The position numbers were made by a program, and so were the translations under genes. Shown in pieces: positions 1 to 10,654 of a stretch of DNA of 32,000 nucleotides. Every line of letters starts with the position of its first letter. Within the stretch, counting starts at the first letter, position 1. The stretch is from an uncultured Candidatus Nitrosopumilus sp. Lineage in GTDB: Archaea; Thermoproteota; Nitrososphaeria; Nitrososphaerales; Nitrosopumilaceae. The notes below the pieces were generated by a model. That model was not told the DNA's origin. It did no database searches and saw only the letters and a program-made list of their open reading frames with translations. The DNA lies in the NCBI GenBank assembly GCA_905612275.1, contig CAJQRM010000003.1, positions 9,305 through 41,304 of the forward strand, in the 5' to 3' direction.

Positions 1-894
1 ATCAAATTTATCTATTGTAAAAAAATCTGTTTTCATATTTTTATGAATTTCATTATTTACAATTAAAAATGCTGGATCATCACCTACTGTTTGAAATGCT
101 CCTCTTTTACTAGTGTGATTTTTTCTTACACGTGTACCAATATGACATGCAATTGTTTCATCATTTTCATCTTGATGCATTGCTATGTAAATTCCATTTG
201 TTTTAGATTCAATAAGAAATTTTACTGCTCCAATTAGATTTAATGCAGCATCAGATGATGCACGATCTGATGATCTTTGTGATCCAACTAATGCTATAGG
301 TATTGGAAAACCTGCTAATGAAAAAGAAAGATATGATGATGTATAATGCATAGTATCTGTTCCATGAGCAATAATTATTCCTGAGTAATCTGATTTACTG
401 TATTCTTTTATTGTCTCAGCAATTTTTAACCAATGTTTAGGCATAATATTTTCAGAATATTCTGAAAATAGTACTTTTGTGTCAATGTTTGCAATTTTAC
501 TTAGTTCTGGAACTGATGAATTTAATTCCTCAGCTGTTAATACTGGTGTAACAGCACCTGTTCTATAATCAATTTTACTTGCAATTGTACCTCCAGTTGA
601 TAGTAATAAAATATTTGGCAAGTTTTCATTTTTTTTAATCTCTTGATTTTTTTCAATACTTTTTTCTATTGATGGATTTTTTTCAATCTTTTCAATCTTT
701 TCAATTTCTAACCCAATGTTATATCCACTTTTTAATTTTAAAACAATATGTTTATCATCACTGTGTTCATATCTTGGCATTACTATTCCTGAATATGTGA
801 TATCAGCCAAAATTTTTACAGAATCACCAACTAGGATTTTATTTGTTTTAAGAAATTGTAATGAATTTCCATTATATCCTGTATATTCTGACAT
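1..894 (-). CDS. gatD: Glutamyl-tRNA(Gln) amidotransferase subunit D (GatD), first 298 codons; the 3' part lies beyond the window start
   Basis: Absent from the ORF track because it runs off the edge. My translation of the minus strand from the ATG at 894 gives MSEYTGYNGNSLQFLKTNKILVGDSVKILADITYSGIVMPRYEH. A K/E-rich linker follows, then an asparaginase-type domain with LLLSTGGTIASKIDY and IIIAHGTDTMHYTSS. The frame stays open to base 1. Confidence 0.8.
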   Translation of the reverse strand, partial: MSEYTGYNGNSLQFLKTNKILVGDSVKILADITYSGIVMPRYEHSDDKHIVLKLKSGYNIGLEIEKIEKIEKNPSIEKSIEKNQEIKKNENLPNILLLSTGGTIASKIDYRTGAVTPVLTAEELNSSVPELSKIANIDTKVLFSEYSENIMPKHWLKIAETIKEYSKSDYSGIIIAHGTDTMHYTSSYLSFSLAGFPIPIALVGSQRSSDRASSDAALNLIGAVKFLIESKTNGIYIAMHQDENDETIACHIGTRVRKNHTSKRGAFQTVGDDPAFLIVNNEIHKNMKTDFFTIDKFD

Positions 895-952
895 TCATGG
901 AAATTAGATTTGTTATTTAATTAAAACTACCTGTTCAATTGATACTTTTATG

Positions 953-2320
953 TTATCTTGCATTAAAAAAATGATTCAAACAATAGAATAAACCCCGTTT
1001 GTATACACTACCTACTCTATCATATTTCAAGTGCGATCCAAGATCGGCATTACTCCAATTTGCTTTTTGGGGTCCTATCAATAACCACTTCAATAATCGT
1101 ATATCTAACGATATGACCATGTATTGTTCCAATTTTCTTAAAGTATTTTCATTTATTTTGTTAATTCCTTTTCCATTACAACTTATTTCAACCATTAATT
1201 CTTCATTGTTGATATCATTAGTTTTTAGAATAATAACTGTGTTTGAAATCCAGTTTATTTTTTGTCGAATTTTTTCAAAATTTTCATAAGCTTTTCCCAT
1301 TAAATCATATATTTCAGATGCTTTTGGTTTTGATTCAAATTCATAATTAAATTTTTTATATGATAAAATACTTTCAATGTATTTTTTCTTATCTTTTTTA
1401 TCTACTGGACTATACTCCTTACTACTTGTTCCTGTATCAATGTTAAACCAAGAATCGTTATTCAAAATTATGCCTTTGTATTTTTCTTGGGAGATATTTT
1501 TACATGTCCATTCAAATGCATCTTCTAATTCTGGTTCTCCTCTATATTCATTTAAACTAGTATTTTTTCCACATAATGTATAACGACCTGCAAAAGGAAT
1601 GTAATATTTTGGTTCTAGTAATTCTAAATATTCTTTGATTGTTTCAAGCTTTTTTTGTTGTTTTAAAATTGCTGCTGACTTTTTTTCTTCTTTGGGAAGA
1701 TTATAACAATGTGGCCATGATGATGCTGCAACATACCCTACTAACAATAAATCAATATTACCGTACATGGATTTAATTGAGGAAGCAGTAATTTTTGCAA
1801 TATCATATGGACAATCATTTGTATTTACAATTACTTGATTTTGATTATCAAAAACTGCAATTGTATCTATCTGAGTTGTTTGATATTTAAATTCAGATAA
1901 ACCACAACCCATTATATTTCCACAAATATTTGGATCACAATTATCTGCTGCTAAAATATTTAGATACATATTTTTTTTTATTTTGATTCTGATTCCATGC
2001 TCTAATTCAATTGTTTTAAATCCTAATCTTTCAATTTTATTTTTAAGAAATTTTTCTGGGAAATTATGAATTAGTATTGGAATATTTTTATTTAATTTTG
2101 ATAATGTTTTTGTAGATACATGATCAGAATGGATATGACTTACATAAATAAAATCAACATCTGAAAAGTTTTCTGGTTTAAAATCATATGGTGGATAAAT
2201 TGCCCATGACCCGATATATTCTTCTCCTTCTAACCATGGATCACATAGAATTTTGACCGTGGAACCCTCATTATCATCTTCAATTAAGATTGATGCAGAA
2301 TTTAATTGTGTAACTTTCAT
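953..2320 (-). CDS. Metallo-beta-lactamase-fold protein with a long C-terminal extension; specific function unknown
   Basis: 455-aa ORF. The HxHxDH zinc motif appears as VSHIHSDHVS near residue 60, in an N-terminal beta-lactamase-like context (ILCDPWLEGEE). The roughly 230 C-terminal residues have no motif I recognise. Confidence 0.7.
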   Translation of the reverse strand: MKVTQLNSASILIEDDNEGSTVKILCDPWLEGEEYIGSWAIYPPYDFKPENFSDVDFIYVSHIHSDHVSTKTLSKLNKNIPILIHNFPEKFLKNKIERLGFKTIELEHGIRIKIKKNMYLNILAADNCDPNICGNIMGCGLSEFKYQTTQIDTIAVFDNQNQVIVNTNDCPYDIAKITASSIKSMYGNIDLLLVGYVAASSWPHCYNLPKEEKKSAAILKQQKKLETIKEYLELLEPKYYIPFAGRYTLCGKNTSLNEYRGEPELEDAFEWTCKNISQEKYKGIILNNDSWFNIDTGTSSKEYSPVDKKDKKKYIESILSYKKFNYEFESKPKASEIYDLMGKAYENFEKIRQKINWISNTVIILKTNDINNEELMVEISCNGKGINKINENTLRKLEQYMVISLDIRLLKWLLIGPQKANWSNADLGSHLKYDRVGSVYKRGLFYCLNHFFNAR

Positions 2321-2385
2321 TTTGTTTATATTATAATTTTTTAATGTATTAAAAAATGTCTCTTTAATTATTAATTAAAAATAAT

Positions 2386-4578
<2,193 letters not shown>

Positions 4579-4675
4579 AGACCCTCTAATCTAATTTTTA
4601 TACCTTTGTGGTATTCTTTCATATTTTACGCCATACCAAAGCTTAAAATTCTCTTTTCAGTTGGAAACGATCAAC

Positions 4676-5410
4676 TTGGGTAAAAGACCATTAGTACGTA
4701 GACGAGGCCGTGGAGGTAATCAATTTAGATCAACTTCTACTGGCAAAGTAGGAAAAACTGCTACTTATCCACGTTTTCCACTAGCAGAAAATCATACTGG
4801 TGAAATTATAGACTTAGTTCATGAGCGTGGAAGAGAAGCACCGCTATCTAAAGTTAGATTTGAAGACGGTTCTGTTTCCTTTATTCCAGCAGTTCTTGGA
4901 ACTAAAGTAGGAGAATCATTAGAATTTGGCTTAAAATCAAAAATTGAAAAAGGAAATGTAATTAGTGTTCAAAATATTCCCGATGGTACTATTGTTTGTA
5001 ATATTGAAAGACATTTTGGAGACGGTGGCGCTATAGTAAAATCTGCAGGGACTGATGCAACTATTTTCTCTCACGGTGATGATGGCGTTATAATTAAACT
5101 TCCTTCTGGTAAATTTGCAACTCTTAATCCAAAAAATAGAGCTATGATTGGTACTCTTTCTGGGGGTGGAGCCACTGAACGTCACTTTATGAGTGCCGGC
5201 AACAAATGGCGTAGTTTTAAAGCTAAAGGAAAGAAATATCCGATTGTTAGAGGTGTTGCACAAGCAGCATATGTTCACCCACACGGTGGTGGTAGACACC
5301 AACACGTTGGACAAAGTTCTACTGTTTCTAGAGATGCACCCCCTGGCGCAAAGGTGGGAAGTATTGCTGCTAGAAAGACTGGTAGAGCTAGAATTAAAGA
5401 AAGAAAGTAG
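4676..5410 (+). CDS. rpl2: 50S ribosomal protein uL2 (L2P)
   Basis: C-terminal HPHGGGRHQHVGQSSTVSRDAPPGAKVGSIAARKTGR is typical of uL2. The track ORF starts at TTG 4661, but the in-frame TTG at 4676 gives the canonical archaeal N-terminus (M)GKRPLVRRRGRGGNQFRS. Confidence 0.93.
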   Translation: MGKRPLVRRRGRGGNQFRSTSTGKVGKTATYPRFPLAENHTGEIIDLVHERGREAPLSKVRFEDGSVSFIPAVLGTKVGESLEFGLKSKIEKGNVISVQNIPDGTIVCNIERHFGDGGAIVKSAGTDATIFSHGDDGVIIKLPSGKFATLNPKNRAMIGTLSGGGATERHFMSAGNKWRSFKAKGKKYPIVRGVAQAAYVHPHGGGRHQHVGQSSTVSRDAPPGAKVGSIAARKTGRARIKERK

Positions 5411-5460
5411 TTTTTCTTTAAAGCTAAAATTGATTAATAAGTTTCTTAAATTTTCTATCA

Positions 5461-5739
5461 ATGTCTCATCAACGTGTAAGACTTTTTGTAACTGGTAGAG
5501 TACAAGGAGTTTTTTTCCGTCAGAGTTTAAAAGCTAAATCTATTCAAAATGATGTTTTTGGATGGGTAAAAAACCTTCAAGATGGTCGTGTTGAATGTCT
5601 TTTAGAAGGTAATGAGGAAAATATTCGTATACTTGTTGAATGGGCTAATAGTGGACCTGCAAATGCAATAGTTGAAAATGTTGAAGTTCATAATGAAAAA
5701 TTTGATAATGAATTTACAAAGTTTGATGTTTTGTATTAA
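5461..5739 (+). CDS. acyP: Acylphosphatase
   Basis: 92-aa ORF with the acylphosphatase signature VTGRVQGVFFR followed by GWVKNLQDGRVE. Confidence 0.9.
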   Translation: MSHQRVRLFVTGRVQGVFFRQSLKAKSIQNDVFGWVKNLQDGRVECLLEGNEENIRILVEWANSGPANAIVENVEVHNEKFDNEFTKFDVLY

Positions 5740-6068
5740 TGGATATTTTCATATGCTGTTTTGAATAATTCAGTAAATTCTAAAATTTTTTGATCTTTTT
5801 TAATTTGAATAGTTTGTATTGGATCTTTTCTGCTTTTTTGAATTTTAATAATAACACCGTCACTTTCTGGTTCTACATCAATAAACCATCTAAATGTCAT
5901 TGATTTACAAAAAACAACTCTGTGCATTCTAACATCTTCTAATACATTTTCTCCTAATGTGAAGCAAAATTCTCTAATTGAATCAAAAAGTGGCAATACC
6001 GTTAGTGGGATTTGTTTTTTAAAATCTTCATAATTTCTTTTATTTCCAACACCAATTAGATTCTCCAT
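5736..6068 (-). CDS. Hypothetical protein (110 aa)
   Basis: Clean ORF with coding-like composition, convergent with acyP with a 4-nt overlap. I recognise no motif with confidence. Confidence 0.5.
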   Translation of the reverse strand: MENLIGVGNKRNYEDFKKQIPLTVLPLFDSIREFCFTLGENVLEDVRMHRVVFCKSMTFRWFIDVEPESDGVIIKIQKSRKDPIQTIQIKKDQKILEFTELFKTAYENIH

Positions 6069-6195
6069 TGGTTAAATTCAAAATAGTTCAAATATTAGTC
6101 TATGAAAAATTGTCAGTGAAATTGACAAATCACGACTAAAAACCGTTAATTTGATAAATCTGAATCTTTTTTTATGGGTGTAACAATTTTCAGAT

Positions 6196-8268
6196 ATGCG
6201 CCCGATTAAGATATTTTTATGTGATTTCACATATGATACTGTTACTTTATCAGTTGATGGTTTTCCATTGAATGTAGGATATATTGCATCATATGCAAAA
6301 ATGAAATTCAAGGAAAAAGTTGAAATTCATCTTTTTAAATATATAGAAAAACTTGAAGAGGCTCTTGAAACATCAATTCCAGATGTTATTGGATTTGCTA
6401 ATTATGCTTGGAATAGGCAAATCAATAAAGAAATCTCTAGAATATTTCTAGAAAAAAATAAGAATGGATTAGTAGTTTGGGGTGGTCCAAATTTTCCTGC
6501 TGATGTTAAATCACAAGAATCTTTTTTTAAAAAATTTCCTCAAGTTGATATTTATGTTCCTATTGAAGGTGAAATCGGATTCTCAAATATTATAAAAGAA
6601 ATCTTTACCTTGCCTTCATTTGATCTTATACGAAAAAACATTCTCACAAAATCTGTACCTGGTTGTATAGTAAAATCTGATGATGGAAAATTAAACTTCT
6701 CATTTTCTACAGAGAGAATTAAATCGCTTGATGAAATTCCTTCACCCTATCTTACTGGTATTTTAGATGAATTTTTTGATGAAAGATTAGTTCCAATGAT
6801 TCAAACTAATCGTGGATGCCCATTTTCATGTACCTTTTGTGTTGATGGTTCTGATTCTGTAAATAAGATTAATCAATTTTCTACACAACGTGTTGATGAA
6901 GAATTAAATTATATTGCTAAACATGTTCCAAATAACCAACACAATCTTCACATCAGTGATCTAAATTTCGGAATGTATACAAGAGATGTTGAAGTATGTG
7001 ATTCAATAAATAATATCCAAGAAAAATATGGTTACCCACATTTTGTAAAAATTACAAGTGGAAAAAATAATCCTGAAAAAATTGGAAAAGCAATAAAAAA
7101 ACTTGGAAACACAACAAGTATGTCACTAAGTGTACAATCATTAAACGATCAAATACTATCTAATATTAAACGAGACAATATTAGTTCTGAAAAATTGGTT
7201 CAGCTTGGTCCAGCATTAAAAAATGAAGGACTTGATACTGTGTGTGATGTAATACTTGGATTACCTGGTGAAACTTATGATACAGCTATTCAAACAATAA
7301 AAGATGTTCTTAACGCAAACATAGACTGGATAAATATCTGGACTCTGATGCTTCTTGATGGTTCTGAACTTAATACGCCTAAAGAACGAGAAAAATGGAA
7401 TCTAAAATCTAAATTTAGAATAATCCCTAGAGATTTTGTTAAATTTAAGTCTGGAAAAGTTGTTATGGAAATTGAAGAGGTTGGTATTGGTACAAATGCT
7501 CTATCTTTTAATGATTATGTTGAATTACGACTTTTCAGTTTAATAATAAAAATAATCTCTGCTACACCTTGTTATAGATCTATATTCAAATTTATAAAAT
7601 TTTATGATGTAAAAATATTTGATTTGGCTTTTTCCATGCTTAAGAATACTAATCTTTCTTCAAAAAAATTACAGATATTCTTTGAGGAATTTAAGCAATA
7701 CACTATTGATGAATTATGGGATTCTGAAGCTGAATTAATTGAACATTATCAGAATCCTTTGGAATATGAAAAATTATTGAATGGAAGTGTTGGTCAAAAT
7801 GTTGCCTTTTATTTTCATGCAATTGCAATATCTGATCATATGTCTGATTTTACAGACTTTATTATACAGAATTCAAGAATATTACTTGAAAATCACACAA
7901 TAGATGATTTTAATTCCCAATTAAATTCTATTGAACAATACTGTAAAGGAAGTTGCGAAAACATTTTTGGTGAAGATAGATTGAAATCAAATCCTGAATT
8001 TATTTTTGATTATGATATTTTAACTTGGATGAATACTGGAGTAACTGCTTCATTGAACTCGTTTAAACTAGATCAAAAATCTAAAATTAAATTTTCTTTA
8101 ACACAAGAACAGTATGATGTATTAGAAGATAAATTAAATATATTTGGTCATAATAAAATTGGAAAAAGCCAATCTGTTAACTGGGTTCCTCAACATCTTT
8201 TTTGGCGAAAACCTTTACTGCAAAATAATAAAGGTAGTAGATCCGCTGGTTCCAGTCTAGACAAATAG
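6196..8268 (+). CDS. B12-binding-domain (class B-like) radical SAM protein, paralog 1 (690 aa)
   Basis: The CX3CX2C radical SAM motif occurs in TNRGCPFSCTFCVDG. The N-terminal Rossmann-like region (DVIGFANYAW...VVWGGPNFP) is typical of cobalamin-binding-domain radical SAM enzymes. It is collinear over its full length with the ORF at 13410-15485. Confidence 0.85.
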   Translation: MRPIKIFLCDFTYDTVTLSVDGFPLNVGYIASYAKMKFKEKVEIHLFKYIEKLEEALETSIPDVIGFANYAWNRQINKEISRIFLEKNKNGLVVWGGPNFPADVKSQESFFKKFPQVDIYVPIEGEIGFSNIIKEIFTLPSFDLIRKNILTKSVPGCIVKSDDGKLNFSFSTERIKSLDEIPSPYLTGILDEFFDERLVPMIQTNRGCPFSCTFCVDGSDSVNKINQFSTQRVDEELNYIAKHVPNNQHNLHISDLNFGMYTRDVEVCDSINNIQEKYGYPHFVKITSGKNNPEKIGKAIKKLGNTTSMSLSVQSLNDQILSNIKRDNISSEKLVQLGPALKNEGLDTVCDVILGLPGETYDTAIQTIKDVLNANIDWINIWTLMLLDGSELNTPKEREKWNLKSKFRIIPRDFVKFKSGKVVMEIEEVGIGTNALSFNDYVELRLFSLIIKIISATPCYRSIFKFIKFYDVKIFDLAFSMLKNTNLSSKKLQIFFEEFKQYTIDELWDSEAELIEHYQNPLEYEKLLNGSVGQNVAFYFHAIAISDHMSDFTDFIIQNSRILLENHTIDDFNSQLNSIEQYCKGSCENIFGEDRLKSNPEFIFDYDILTWMNTGVTASLNSFKLDQKSKIKFSLTQEQYDVLEDKLNIFGHNKIGKSQSVNWVPQHLFWRKPLLQNNKGSRSAGSSLDK

Positions 8269-8548
8269 CCCCATTTCAAGGCGTACAAGATCCGCCACGT
8301 AGACGAGGAAGCGTGGATGTCCTACCTTAGGATTGCTCCCTCCCGGACCTCATCCCTTTCGATAGTTCGGTCTTAGAAGTTATTCCTTCGAATATTTCTA
8401 GTCCTGCAACCACCCGCCTCGGCGTGATTTCATTTCCGCACACCAAGCGGGAATTACCCATCTAGAGATTTACCCAACAGTTACTGATCTCTGCATATAG
8501 CCGGTTTCAGAAGAGGGCACGGCTAGCACCCCAATCCTACCTACTACC
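8233..8548 (-). ncRNA. Signal recognition particle RNA (archaeal 7S SRP RNA), boundaries approximate
   Basis: The only GC-rich island in the window. The minus strand carries the helix-8 core GAGGUCC-GGGA-GGGAGCAAUCC (plus coordinates 8331-8356), which matches the conserved GGUCCGGAAGGAAGC / GGCCCGGAAGGGAGCAAC SRP motif with a GNRA loop. 5' GGUAGUAG (8541-8548) pairs with 3' CUACUACC (8233-8240). Alu-domain-like hairpins are present (UAGCCG...CGGCUA and AGAGAU...AUCUCU), with complementary loops GCCC/GGGU. An upstream TATA-like box and a downstream U-rich tract lie on the minus strand. Confidence 0.8.
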
Positions 8549-8568
8549 ATTTTTTCTAAGATGGTATG

Positions 8569-8576
8569 TTATATTT
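8569..8576 (-). promoter_or_regulatory. Putative TATA box for the SRP RNA gene
   Basis: The minus strand reads AAATATAA, centred about 25 nt upstream of the proposed 5' end GGUAGUAGG at 8548. This matches typical archaeal TATA-to-start spacing. Confidence 0.35.
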
Positions 8577-8579
8577 GCA

Positions 8580-9500
8580 TTAGGTTTGATTTGATTTTAA
8601 TTTTGAGACCAAGGTACAAACTGAGCATACATTGCCTGTGCATTCACTACCACATTTTTCACAATTTGTTTTTTTCTTAGTATTTGATTTGGAGTTTTTC
8701 ATTACTTCAGAAACTTTGATAATTGATTGATACAAATTATTTTTAATTCCACTGCGTTGACTTTCTAATAAATTTAAAAATTCACGAATATCTGTTCTTA
8801 TTCCTTCATTCATGTGTGGACATGGTTCAGATTGAAATGGCATATCATTTGTGAATGCATAAAATACAATTTCAGATTCATATATTTCACAAAATGGTTT
8901 TATTTTTCTTAAAGAATTTGCTGATGTGTCTGGATTCATCCAACCTACTTTAGTTGTATCACCAGAAAGCATATTTATCACAAATGTTTGTAATGTATCA
9001 TCTAAATTATGACCTGTTGCAATTACATCTGCTCCAATATCATTTGCTGCATAATCCATTGCACGTCTTCGAAATGTTCCACACATTGAACATGATGATG
9101 TTTTTTCACTTTCTCGTAAATCTAATGCCTCATCAAGTGTTAAATCAAAAAGATCTTTGTAAGAATATATTTTATATTCTACATTTAGTTTACCACAAAC
9201 TTTTTTGACAATTTCTAATGCCTCATTTCTATATCCTGGAATTCCTTCATCAATTGTTATTACTTTAATTCTAAAACTATGTGTTAATGACATTTCATGA
9301 ATAACTTTGAGTAATGCTAGAGAATCTTTTCCACCTGATACTGCAACTGCAACTAATTCATCATGTTTAATCATTTTATATTTTGAAATAGTTTTAGCAG
9401 TTTTTTTTACAATGGATTTTGAAAAACATTCAGAGCATAGCTTTTCACCTGAATATTTTCTTGTGTATGCTGCTTGATTTTTACATCTATCGCAGGTCAT
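8580..9500 (-). CDS. PP-loop ATPase, tRNA 2-thiolation protein of the TtuA/NcsA (Ncs6/TtcA) family
   Basis: PP-loop SGGKDS in AVAVSGGKDSLALL. There are an N-terminal CxxC...CxxC zinc finger (CDRCKNQ...CSECF), central Fe-S ligand cysteines (SSCSMCGTFRR, PCPH) and a C-terminal Cys cluster (CEKCGSECTGNVCSVC). Confidence 0.85.
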   Translation of the reverse strand: MTCDRCKNQAAYTRKYSGEKLCSECFSKSIVKKTAKTISKYKMIKHDELVAVAVSGGKDSLALLKVIHEMSLTHSFRIKVITIDEGIPGYRNEALEIVKKVCGKLNVEYKIYSYKDLFDLTLDEALDLRESEKTSSCSMCGTFRRRAMDYAANDIGADVIATGHNLDDTLQTFVINMLSGDTTKVGWMNPDTSANSLRKIKPFCEIYESEIVFYAFTNDMPFQSEPCPHMNEGIRTDIREFLNLLESQRSGIKNNLYQSIIKVSEVMKNSKSNTKKKTNCEKCGSECTGNVCSVCTLVSKLKSNQT

Positions 9501-9645
9501 AAATATAATTATTATTTTTCATTAATGATTCTTTAGGAATATTGACACATCGACTAATAACCCCTAGGCACGTATTACAATTGAAAAGGTACAAAATATA
9601 TCTAGGAAGTGACTCAAATGTAATTTTTAAAATAAATTTTCATTT

Positions 9646-10599
9646 TTAAATATTTTTAAATATTTTGCCATGATTAATTTTTTTTAAAAGTTCAATTATG
9701 TTATTTTTTTCAACAGAAATTGGATTATTATCTAAATGTTTTCTATCTTTAAGTATAATTTCACTTGCTGTATCAAAATCTTGTTTTAAAAATATTGGTT
9801 CAAAATTTAATTTTTTAACTAATTTTTTAAATCTTGAATAAAAAATTGAATTATTAAAAAAATGAGATGCTGTAGTAGTAAATGCTAATGCATGTCCATG
9901 ACTATAACCTTCATTAGAAAAAACGTATGATAGAGCATGACCTAATGTTGTTGAACAGTTACCAAATCCTAATCCAGTCATGAGTGAACCTAATGCTAAG
10001 TTTTCATATTTTTCATTAATAATTGCATCTTCCAAAATATCAAATGCTTTTTTACATAAAAATTTGGTATGATAATTTCCACTTTTACTATCATATCCTT
10101 CTGAACATTGAGCACAAGCATCTATTGCAGAATTTCTTAAAATTTTGGGGGGGCAATTATTTAAAAAATATGAGTCAACAATAGCAATATCTGCAAAAAT
10201 TTGTTTATCATGAAAACTTTTCTTTTTTCCATTTATTGTTAATACTGAAATTTTTGTTACTTCGCTACCACTGCCAAATGTTGTAGGAATCATAATTTTT
10301 CTCTTCTTTAATTTGAAACCTACAAATTTTGCAACATCTAAAGAACTACCTCCTCCAAGTCCTATAACTGTAGAAAATTTTTCATTTTTAAATTGGGAAA
10401 TTATGTTTTCAACAGTATTCATTGAAGGGTTTGGTTCAACATTATCAAATATTTTAAAATTATTTCCTTTAATATAATCAATCCATCCACGAGATTTTGC
10501 ACCTTTTGAAGTGATTATTAAGCAATCATTTGGATATGAATACTCTGATGCTGCATATTTACCAAAAATTATATGATTAGGTTGTTGAATTTGAAACAA
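9646..10599 (-). CDS. Iron-containing (group III) alcohol dehydrogenase, candidate phosphonoacetaldehyde reductase (PhpC/FomC/Pdh-like)
   Basis: 317-aa ORF starting with TTG. It has the Fe-ADH glycine motif GLGGGSSLDVAKF and a His-rich metal region (GHALSY...SHGHALA). It is divergent from ppm across a 55-nt gap. The functional assignment comes from context. Confidence 0.75.
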   Translation of the reverse strand: MFQIQQPNHIIFGKYAASEYSYPNDCLIITSKGAKSRGWIDYIKGNNFKIFDNVEPNPSMNTVENIISQFKNEKFSTVIGLGGGSSLDVAKFVGFKLKKRKIMIPTTFGSGSEVTKISVLTINGKKKSFHDKQIFADIAIVDSYFLNNCPPKILRNSAIDACAQCSEGYDSKSGNYHTKFLCKKAFDILEDAIINEKYENLALGSLMTGLGFGNCSTTLGHALSYVFSNEGYSHGHALAFTTTASHFFNNSIFYSRFKKLVKKLNFEPIFLKQDFDTASEIILKDRKHLDNNPISVEKNNIIELLKKINHGKIFKNI

Positions 10600-10622
10600 T
10601 TAGATCATTATTGAATAACATG

Positions 10623-10632
10623 TTTTTTATAA
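10623..10632. promoter_or_regulatory. Putative shared TATA element for the divergent adh and ppm genes
   Basis: TTTTTTATAA is centred about 27 nt from the ppm ATG (10655) and about 29 nt from the adh TTG (10599). This is compatible with leaderless transcripts in both directions. Confidence 0.3.
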
Positions 10633-10654
10633 CTTACATTTCTCAGATGAAATC

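Noticed and set aside
682-708. Tandem 9-bp repeat (TTCAATCTT x2 plus TTCAATTTC)
   Set aside because: It lies in frame inside gatD and encodes a low-complexity IEKIEKIEK linker between the N-terminal and asparaginase domains. It is not an independent repeat element or a CRISPR-like structure.
953-2320. Possibility that this 455-aa ORF is the methylphosphonate synthase MpnS, given its similar length and proximity to ppm
   Set aside because: It carries a metallo-beta-lactamase HxHxDH motif (SHIHSDH) and no cupin-like His/Gln iron site pattern. It is also separated from the cluster by housekeeping genes.
4937-5498. Track ORFs 4937-5461 (-) and 5193-5498 (+) overlapping the ribosomal protein uL2 gene
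   Set aside because: These are shadow or alternative-frame ORFs with low-complexity, Ser/Asn/Phe-rich translations. The uL2 frame is unambiguous.
8550-8556. A T-run (TTTTTTC) on the plus strand right after the GC-rich island, which could suggest a plus-strand RNA ending at a terminator
   Set aside because: The conserved SRP helix-8 sequence GGUCC-GGGA-GGGAGCAAUCC reads correctly only on the minus strand. The minus strand also has a properly spaced TATA-like box upstream and its own U-rich tract downstream (complement of 8221-8232).
9501-9645. A slightly GC-enriched 145-nt gap between the tRNA-thiolation gene and adh (contains CCTAGG palindromes), considered as a possible small RNA
   Set aside because: I could not find a stable extended helix, C/D or H/ACA boxes, or tRNA-like features. 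It is most simply the promoter of the PP-loop gene and the terminator of adh.
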